DNA of 64,000 bases from Eledone cirrhosa (taxonomy: Eukaryota). This document shows, piece after piece, positions 54,345-64,000 of the stretch. Position 1 is the first letter of the stretch; every line of letters starts with the position of its first letter. The stretch covers positions 324,322,001 to 324,386,000 of the forward strand of contig OZ024742.1 in the NCBI GenBank assembly GCA_964016885.1. Reading direction: 5' to 3'. The notes below the pieces were generated by a model that searched no databases, was not told the DNA's origin, and saw nothing but the letters and a program-made list of their open reading frames with translations. Position numbers and translations under genes: made by a program.

Positions 54345-56923
54345 CAGCGTAAATATAAGAAAATGTTGATTCCGATGTCAGAAAATGAAAGGAAAAGGAA
54401 AAACTAAGACAAGCAAGAATAATTTCTTTCAAATTTTTGTAAATAAAACCAGCTTTTCATTAACATTGCAACTTTTTAAGCAGAAAAATCTTTCAGAACA
54501 AACAGTCAAGCATCCATAGAGATATAGAAAAAATAATTTTGAAGTCGAGTGATTCGATAGCTATTAGTGAAAAATGATTTGATATTTTCTTTGTGAAAAT
54601 ACTTGTGAATAATACAGTGAAAAGACAAGTTTCGCGTAAATCGGACCACGGGATCCCGAGATACGCGGGTTTTTTCGGGTACCTTTATAAATAACCAAAT
54701 CAGCGCATAATGGGAAAATTCTTTGAAAGTAAGCTACCATTGAAATGTGAATACAAACGCAGATAGTGGTTGTGAGAGAGAGAGAGAGAGAGAGCTGGTG
54801 GTGTTGTTGAATGAAATTATGACAGGTGACTTCAAAGAATCGAATACAGCATTACTGTATCTAGCTTGAATTTGGTGACTGAATATTAAGTTATATGTAT
54901 CTTATAACTTGTGTTAGGACAGGATGTATGTGTGTGTGTGTCTGTAACCAGTCTATATAGGCCACAGACACGCACACACACAAACACACACACACATATA
55001 TATATATACACGTACATATACACACACACATACACGTATATATATATATATTGGCTTTCCAATGTAATTTTACATTATATGCATTTTGTGTATATTTTAA
55101 TTATTTAAAAATTATTTTTAAGTGAACATGACCCAACGGGTCACGGGTGGTCTAGTTATAATATCATTTTTTTTATTATTTTATAATGTTATAATGTCTA
55201 GCTCTATTTTGTCTTCTCTTGATAAGGAGTGTGTGGACGCAAACTATATTCACTAATACGTTTCCGAATGTGTTGGTGGTTGGTAGGTTTCAGTTTCGAG
55301 GCGGCTACATTAAGGGACTTTTTTATCGATGATAAATGAAAATATAACCCCCACTTTATATTTCTTTTACTAAAGCTTCAATCTTCATTAAACGGCAAAG
55401 AACCAGTGAAACTCATCTACCATAGACAACAACAAACTTCTTAATACTCCAACGTAAAAGCGTCTTCGAGGATTCTCGTCGCAGCCAAATCTTACTCAAA
55501 GCATGTTATAGCGTCTTAAAAAAGGACACATTGGATAATATGGTACTATTTTAACTAAACATAAGAAATTGATGGAATACCTTTGATCATAGTTTTACTT
55601 GATCACAGCTGCTTTGAGGCTGAACAACAACAAAAATCTTTAACTTGAACTATAAGCAAACATTGCGTTTATGAAATATTGTAGTAACAAGTGTAAAAAG
55701 TACTTATTTACATTACATAAGTACGTATATGGAGTTATATCAGTTTATATTTAATTATGCTGTGAAATTATGGCCCATAACGACGTCACCAAACAACGAC
55801 ATTTTCAGTAGATTGATATAAAAATCAAATCGACTGGCTTCATTGTTATTTAAACAAATATGTGAAATGAATAATAGACGTGAAAGAATCCTACAGTCAG
55901 TTTGTCTGTCTGTCTGTCTGTCTGCTTGTCTGTCTGAACCCCCCTCTCTTTTTCTCTCTTTCTCTCTCTATATATGAACACGCATATGAATATCCGTATC
56001 GTTTAAAAATGTTAAGAAGTGAAAACCTCTTTATATACACACACAGATACACCCCCCACATATATATACACGTAGGTAGATAGATAGTTAGATATATATA
56101 TATACACATACATATATAAAATATTTTCTTCAACGAAAAAACACACCAACCATATAGACAAGCGCATACACACATAAGCATACACACATACATGCACACA
56201 CAAACAGCCCCAACACATGCACACATTCGATGGTTTTATACAGTTTCTATATACTGTATTCCACTCACAATGTATTATTAGAGTCAGCCCATGGCTATAG
56301 AAGACACTTGTTCAATACGCTACGCAGGGGGATGCTTCTATGAATTTCCCTGTAAAAAGAAGCTGCGTTATTGATGACCTCAAGGGGGTGAAATTTCCGA
56401 ATGCAGATGAATAAAATATTAACTAGATTAACGTATCCATTATTTGCTTGTTTCTGATTTTCATTTCCAATTTTGTAAAGAAAGCTAGCTTTTAAATTTT
56501 TTTATACCTTTTTCAAGATTTTAGTACCGGATGATAGCGAAGTGACACGATAGAGACCGTAATTTTACAAGACAAAATATGTTTCGTTATTCATAAATAA
56601 ATAAAGCGTATTTATTTATTCATAACACAGTCTGTATTACTGAGTGGATGATTGATTTTAGACATTAAAAAATGCATAAAACATGTTAACTCTCCTATAT
56701 ATTTGTCATGTATTTGTTTGTGTCAAAACCCTTTTCATACTGTCTGCAACCCGGTCGGAACTGTGTCAGTTACATGTAACAAAAATGTCGACACCAAGAA
56801 ATAAATGAGAAGTATAAAGTAAAGTTTAATTTTTGTATTCTTTTAATGGCTAAAATGATTCTTCCACGCAGAAATTATTTAGTTTTAACGCATTCTCAGA
56901 TTAAGTTACTTGCCAGACAAGTA

Positions 56924-57669
56924 CAGGGTAGTCCGAAAGTCTTGTCACCCCTGCATATTATTTTAACTTTCATTATTTTTTGTTTTGGCGGTGGATTGGC
57001 AGTATCGGTAGAGGGTCGGACGCCATGCTTTCCAGCATAGTTACATCCCTTTACGATCTGAGTTCAAATCCCGCCGAGGTTGACTTTGCCTTTCATCCTT
57101 ACGGAGTCGATAAAATAAAGTACCAGTAATGCACTGGGTAATTGCTGGCCTTGTGCCTAAAGTAGAAACAATTATTTTTTGTTTTAAGGGCGGTGGATTG
57201 GTAGAGGGTTGGACGCCATGCTTTGACGCAAAGAGTTACGTCCCTTTATGATCTGAGGACAAATCCCGCCGAGGTTAACTTTGCCTTTCATCCTTACGGG
57301 GTCGATAAAATAAAGTACCAGTAATGTACTGGTTAATTGCTGGCCTTGTGCCAAAAAGTAGAAACAATTATTTTTTGTTTTAATAATATAATATATAATA
57401 TCATTAATTATAATATATAATAATAATAATATAATTTTCTATTTCAGATGGCTGACACGAGCTCCTACAGTTTGGAAGAGAGGCTGCTTGCAAGTGTATG
57501 GACACATGATCGTGTGCATTGTGGCAAGAGCATGGAGGATGTGCAACATGACTTTACTGCAAGATTCGGCAAACCAGCTCCTCCGAAGAGGACGATACTG
57601 CGATGGGAACATAAACTGTTTCTCACATTACTTTTTGGTAGGGGGTGACAAGACTTTCGGACCACCCTG
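56924..57669 (+). mobile_element. Internally deleted Tc1/mariner element
   Basis: 27-bp TIRs CAGGGT(A/G)GTCCGAAAGTCTTGTCACCC with a TA duplication on both sides. ORF 57448-57620 resembles a transposase N-terminal HTH (YSLEER...F..RF..PAP.KRTI.RW..K). Confidence 0.85.
56987..57370 (+). mobile_element. Two tandem full-length tRNA-derived SINEs (56987-57171, 57189-57370)
   Basis: Each begins GGCGGTGGATTGG and ends GTAGAAACAA. TTATTTTTTGTTTT is repeated before, between and after them. Confidence 0.9.
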
Positions 57670-58423
57670 TACAACTCCGAAACAGTGTTGATGGTCTGGT
57701 AATTATTGCTTGACTGTCAACATTGTACTATTATGTAAATGAAATGTACCGAGACACATACTTATTTACCTATCCCCTATCATTGGTACTTTATTTCACA
57801 TTACTTCAGTTCACTCAGCTGTAGAAATGAGTTTCTGGCACCAAGCTGTGTCGGCTTTTGCCTTTTCCTTGGACAACATCGGTGGCGTAGAGGGCGAGGC
57901 TGGTATGCATGAGCTGGTCTTCCACAGAAAAACCTTGCTTAGACGATGTGCCACAAAAACCTTGCTTAGACAACAACGGTGGCGTAGAGTTCGAGGGTGG
58001 TATGCATGAGCTTGTCTTCCACCAAAAAAAAATTGCTTAAACGATGTGCCTCGGAGTGGAACTTCTAGGTTCAAATACCATGGTGATTCGTCACCGAAAG
58101 AGGTCTCTATCAGTGACAATTTTGAGTGAACATATTTTGAGCGAATCCTGAGGAATTATGGAATAATAATGAAACCAGTCGGATTCTTACTTATAAGTAA
58201 GAAAGCAATATGGTGTCAAGCCAATGAGAGAGCCTCTACATAGCCACTTAGCATGCTAGAATAGCAGGGAAATTCTCCCTCAAACCACACGCTACTGATT
58301 TAATGAAAGTAAGGATATACTGAATAATGTAGTTCTAGATATGTCAGAGACATATGATATGATAGTCACGGCTGGAATGATTTTGGTCATAGATCTACTC
58401 AACCCGGGCTTACCTGGGTTAAA

Positions 58424-58693
58424 TATCATCACCTTGATCATCATCATCATCCTCCTCCTCCTCATCATCATCTCCTCTTACTACTACTACCACGATCACC
58501 ACCACCACCATCACCGCGAGCATTATTCTCACCAGCACTACCGCCAGCCGCAGAAGCAACAGCACCGCCATCATAACGATGATCACAACCACCAATACAA
58601 CCACAACCACCAACACCACCAACATCATCATCACCACTACCACTATAATCGTCGTCGTCGTCCTCCTCCTCCTCCTCCTCCTCCTCCTCCTCC

Positions 58694-58730
<37 letters not shown>

Positions 58731-58731
58731 T

Positions 58732-58763
<32 letters not shown>

Positions 58764-58770
58764 CAACATC
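58424..58770. repeat. Compound trinucleotide microsatellite (CAT/CAC/CGT/CCT/CAG)
   Basis: Directly visible. Confidence 0.9.
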
Positions 58771-59623
58771 CAGCAACAGAGGCATATTAATAGAAAGTAC
58801 TCTAACACATTCAGTGAAAAACAAAATACCAACTGGAGATGAGGGTTGGCTATATTTATGGAAGTGCAGCTTGAAAGACTTCCCAGTAACACCTGAAAGA
58901 AATACACTCAGTAACAGATGGTATATTATATTGTATATTAGAATACACATTATATTACACTATTATATCATCATTTTCAATGATGCCGTTGAAAAAATTT
59001 CTAAGTGATTCTTATAAAATACTTCATAGTCTTGCTATCACATATTAACAGTTTCCAATCTTATTAAAAGAAGACCACTTGTTTCTTCCTTCCCTTCTTT
59101 GTTTGCTCTTTCTCTTCTTTGTTTATTCTTTCTCTTCTTTGTTTATTTGTTTGTTAGATCGGTGATAGAGTTGAGTAGATGGGCGGTCGATGGTTGATGG
59201 GCAGATTTCCTTTCATGTTGTTAATAACGCCTGTTCTTTAATAAACTAGGATTTTTTTCCAACACGCTTACGCGTATGTGCATGTATGTGTGCATGTGTG
59301 TATGTGTATATCTATGAGTATATGTGTGTATATGTGTATACGACGATATGTGTGTATGTGTATATCTATGAATATATGTGTGTATATCTATGAGTATATG
59401 TGTGTATATGTGTGTATATCTATGAGTATATAAATATAAAAGCACAAACACAGACAGACAAAAATGCACACTTACAGATATACATTCACACAAATACACA
59501 TACATTCACACAAACACACACATACAGATACACTCACACATACAGCATAGCAAATGAAACGCCAGCCACTCTTTTGCTATAGTTTTTTTTCACCATCTCC
59601 TTCCTTCCTTTTACAAACACATA

Positions 59624-59722
<99 letters not shown>

Positions 59723-59774
59723 TGTGTGACGGAAGGACGAACGGAAGTCGCTCAAATTTATATATAGATACTAT

Positions 59775-62700
59775 ATTACTGCTGTTACTGTTGTTTCTGT
59801 GGTTGCTGTTACTATTGATATTATTGTTACTGTTGTTACTGTTGTTACTGTTGTTATTGTTGTTACTGTTGTTACTGTTGTTACTGTTATTACTGTTGTT
59901 ACTGTGGTTACTGTTGTTACTGTTGTTACTGTTGTTACTGTTGTTACTGTGGTTACTGTTGTTACTGTTGTTACTGTTGTTACTGTTGTTACTGTTGTTA
60001 CTGTTGTTACAGTTGTTACTGTTATTACCGTTGTTACTGTGGTTACTGTTGTTACTGTTGTTACTGTTGTTACTGTGGTTACTGTTGTTACTGTTGTTAC
60101 TGTGGTTACTGTTGTTACTGTTGTTACTGTTGTTACTGTTGTTACTGTTGTTACTGTTGTTACAGTTGTTACTGTTGTTACTGTTGTTACAGTTGTTACT
60201 GTTGTTACTGTTGTTACTGTTGTTACAGTTGTTACTGTGGTTACTGTTGTTACTGTTGTTACTGTTGTTACTGTTGTTACTGTGGTTACTGTTGTTACTG
60301 TGGTTACTGTTGTTACTGTAGTTACTGTTGTTACTGTGGTTACTGTTGTTACTGTTGTTACTGTTGTTACTGTGGTTACTGTTGTTACTGTTGTTACCGT
60401 TGTTACTGTTGTTACTGTTGTTACTGTTGTTACTGTTGTTACTGTTGTTACTGTTGTTACTGTTGTTACAGTTGTTACTGTTGTTACTGTGGTTACTGTT
60501 GTTACTGTTGTTACTGTTGTTACTGTTGTTACTGTTGTTACTGTTGTTACTGTTGTTACAGTTGTTACTGTTGTTACTGTTGTTACTGTTGTTACTGTGG
60601 TTACTGTTGTTACCGTTGTTACTGTTGTTACCGTTGTTACTGTTGTTACCGTTGTTACTGTTGTTACTGTTGTTACTGTGGTTACTGTTGTTACTGTGGT
60701 TACTGTTGTTACTGTTGTTACTGTGGTTACTGTTGTTACTGTTGTTACTGTTGTTACCGTTGTTACTGTGGTTACTGTTGTTACTGTTGTTACTGTTGTT
60801 ACTGTTGTTACTGTTGTTACTGTGGTTACTGTTGTTACTGTTGTTACTGTTGTTACTGTTGTTACTGTTGTTACTGTTGTTACTGTGGTTACTGTTGTTA
60901 CTGTTGTTACTGTTGTTACTGTTGTTACTGTTGTTACTGTGGTTACTGTTGTTACTGTTGTTACTGTTGTTACTTTTGTTACTTTTGTTACTGTTGTTAC
61001 TGTTGTTACTGTTGTTACTGTTGTTACTGTTGTTACTGTTGTTACTGTTGTTACTGTTGTTACTGTTGTTACTGTTGTTACAGTTGTTACTGTTATTACC
61101 GTTGTTACTGTTGTTACTGTTGTTACTGTTGTTACTGTTGTTACTGTTGTTACTGTTGTTACTGTTGTTACTGTTGTTACAGTTGTTACTGTTGTTACTG
61201 TTGTTACAGTTGTTACTGTTGTTACTGTTGTTACTGTTGTTACTGTTGTTACTGTTGTTACTGTTGTTACAGTTGTTACTGTTGTTACTGTGGTTACTGT
61301 TGTTACTGTTGTTACTGTTGTTACTGTTGTTACTGTTGTTACTGTTGTTACTGTTGTTACAGTTGTTACTGTTGTTACTGTTGTTACTGTTGTTACTGTG
61401 GTTACTGTTGTTACTGTTGTTACTGTTGTTACTGTTGTTACTGTGGTTACTGTTGTTACTGTTGTTACTGTTGTTACTGTTGTTACTGTTGTTACTGTTG
61501 TTACTGTTGTTACAGTTGTTACTGTTGTTACTGTTGTTACTGTTGTTACTGTTGTTACTGTTGTTACTGTTGTTACTGTTGTTACTGTTGTTACTGTTGT
61601 TACAGTTGTTACTGTTATTACCGTTGTTACTGTTGTTACTGTTGTTACTGTTGTTACTGTTGTTACTGTTGTTACTGTTGTTACAGTTGTTACTGTTGTT
61701 ACTGTTGTTACTGTTGTTACTGTTGTTACTGTTGTTACTGTTGTTACTGTTGTTACTGTTGTTACTGTTGTTACTGTTGTTACTGTTGTTACAGTTGTTA
61801 CTGTTATTACCGTTGTTACTGTTGTTACTGTTGTTACTGTTGTTACTGTTGTTACTGTTGTTACTGTTGTTACTGTTGTTACTGTTGTTACAGTTGTTAC
61901 TGTTGTTACTGTTGTTACAGTTGTTACTGTTGTTACTGTTGTTACAGTTGTTACTGTGGTTACTGTTGTTACTGTTGTTACTGTGGTTACTGTTGTTACT
62001 GTGGTTACTGTTGTTACTGTAGTTACTGTTGTTACTGTTGTTACTGTGGTTACTGTTGTTACTGTTGTTACTGTTGTTACTGTGGTTACCGTTGTTACTG
62101 TTGTTACTGTTGTTACTGTTGTTACTGTTGTTACTGTTGTTACTGTTGTTACTGTTGTTACTGTTGTTACTGTTGTTACTGTGGTTACTGTTGTTACCGT
62201 TGTTACTGTTGTTACCGTTGTTACTGTTGTTACCGTTGTTACTGTTGTTACTGTTGTTACTGTTGTTACTGTGGTTACTGTGGTTACTGTTGTTACTGTG
62301 GTTACTGTTGTTACTGTTGTTACTGTGGTTACTGTTGTTACTGTTGTTACTGTTGTTACCGTTGTTACTGTTGTTACCGTTGTTACTGTTGTTACTGTTG
62401 TTACTGTTGTTACTGTTGTTACTGTTGTTACTGTTGTTACTGTTGTTACTGTGGTTACTGTTGTTACTGTTGTTACTGTTGTTACTGTTGTTACTGTTGT
62501 TACTGTTGTTACTGTGGTTACTGTTGTTACTGTTGTTACTGTTGTTACTTTTGTTACTTTTGTTACTGTTGTTACCGTTGTTACTGTTGTTACCGTTGTT
62601 ACTGTTGTTACTGTTGTTACTGTTGTTACTGTTGTTACTGTTGTTACTGTTGTTACTGTTGTTACTGTGGTCACTGTTGTTACTGTTGTTACTGTTGTTA

Positions 62701-63845
62701 CTGTTGTTACTGTGGTTACTGTTGTTACTGTTGTTACTGTTGTTACTGTGGTTACTGTTGTTACTGTTGTTACTGTTGTTACTGTTGTTACTGTTGTTAC
62801 TGTGGTTACTGTTGTTACTGTTGTTACTGTTGTTTCTGTTTTTACTGTTGTTACTGTTGTTACTGTGGTTACTGTTGTTACTGTTGTTACTGTTGTTACT
62901 GTTGTTACTGTTGTTACTGTTGTTACTGTGGTTACTGTTGTTACTGTTGTTACTGTTGTTACTGTTGTTACTGTTGTTACTGTTGTTACTGTGGTTACTG
63001 TTGTTACTGTTGTTACTGTTGTTACTTTTGTTACTTTTGTTACCGTTGTTACCGTTGTTACTGTTGTTACTGTTGTTACTGTTGTTACTGTTGTTACTGT
63101 TGTTACTGTTGTTACTGTTGTTACTGTGGTTACTGTTGTTACTGTTGTTACTGTTGTTACTGTTGTTACTGTTGTTACTGTTGTTACTGTTGTTACTGTT
63201 GTTACCGTTGTTACTGTTGTTACTGTTGTTACTGTTGTTACTGTTGTTACTGTTGTTACTGTTGTTACTGTTGTTACCGTTGTTACTGTTGTTACTGTTG
63301 TTACTGTTGTTACTGTTGTTACAGTTGTTACTGTTGTTACTGTTGTTACAGTTGTTACTGTTGTTACTGTGGTTACTGTTGCTACTGTTGTTACTGTGGT
63401 TACTGTGGTTACTGTTGTTACTGTTGTTACTGTTGTTACAGTTGTTACTGTTGTTACAGTTGTTACTGTTGTTACTGTTGTTACTGTTGTTACTGTTGTT
63501 ACTGTTGAAACTGTGGTTACTGTTGTTACTGTTGTTACTGTTGTTACTGTTGTTACTGTTCTTACTGTTCTTACTGTTGTTACTGTTGTTACTGTTGTTA
63601 CTGTTGAAACTGTGGTTACTGTTGTTACTGTTGTTACAGTTGTTACTGTTGTTACTGTTGTTACTGTTGTTACTGTTGTTACTGTTGTTACTGTGGTTAC
63701 TGTGGTTACTGTTGTTACTGTTGTTACTGTTGTTACTGTTGTTACTGTTGTTACTGTTGAAACTGTTGTTACTGTTGTTACCGTTGTTACCGTTGTTACT
63801 GTGGTTACCGTTGTTACTGTTGTTACTGTTGTTACTGTTGTTATT
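59775..63845. repeat. About 4-kb 9-bp minisatellite (GTTACTGTT)n
   Basis: About 450 units with recurrent variants GTTACTGTG, GTTACAGTT, GTTACCGTT and GTTACTTTT. Confidence 0.97.
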
Positions 63846-63942
63846 AAGCTTGTTGATGGAGGTTCTGGTAGTGGTAGTAGTAGCAGTGTTGTTGCTACTG
63901 ACGTGGCGGTGGTACTGCTGTTGCCGCTGTTGTTATTATTGA

Positions 63943-64000
63943 GGGCGGTGGATTGACAGTATCGGTAGAGGGAGGACGCCATGCCTTGCGGCATAGAGTT
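63943..64000 (+). mobile_element. 5' part of a tRNA-derived SINE (cut by the window end)
   Basis: GGCGGTGGATTGACAGTATCGGTAGAGG matches the 56987 copy. Confidence 0.8.

Larger units (their letters stand above)
48997..55155 (+). mobile_element. Helitron (decayed autonomous copy)
   Basis: RepHel pseudogene. 3' hairpin TGACCC-aac-GGGTCA (55129-55143), then CTAG (55152-55155) followed by T. The 5' boundary is uncertain. Confidence 0.9.

Noticed and set aside
58341-58950. His/Pro-rich and Asp/Glu-rich ORFs
   Set aside because: Compound trinucleotide microsatellite with no splice or domain support.
59554-63994. Very long ORFs (1407, 1385, 637, 564 aa) of TVT/VTV/poly-Leu
   Set aside because: They are translations of the 9-bp minisatellite, which has no stop in those frames. 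The minus-strand start lies in a SINE and there is no domain.

Overview
AT-rich, microsatellite-saturated eukaryotic non-genic DNA made almost entirely of nested mobile elements. I found no host protein-coding gene that I can support. The SINE and repeat landscape resembles a coleoid cephalopod such as Octopus (inference only). Protein-coding elements: a frameshifted R4/Dong-type RLE retrotransposon (0.76-4.95 kb, -), two related Tx1/L1-clade LINEs (12.9-16.5 and 42.7-47.7 kb, +), an intact 1212-aa Penelope-like element (PLE, RT plus GIY-YIG; 19.9-24.5 kb) nested inside a rearranged Naiad-type PLE (17.4-25.9 kb), and a decayed Helitron (49-55.2 kb). Smaller elements: a deleted mariner, an internally deleted RTE, a piggyBac-type MITE, many tRNA-derived SINEs and a 4-kb (GTTACTGTT)n minisatellite. 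The main hidden signal is at the RNA level: about a dozen hammerhead ribozyme (HHR) motifs from several unrelated families can be read by eye. One is a 593-bp, ORF-less, near-identical tandem array in which every unit carries a U3-A8 variant hammerhead, i.e. a candidate retrozyme producing a circular RNA (8863-10410). Most PLE-derived inserts share one architecture: two element 3' ends pointing outward, each fused to (TA)n. All folds and alignments were done by eye and need computational confirmation.
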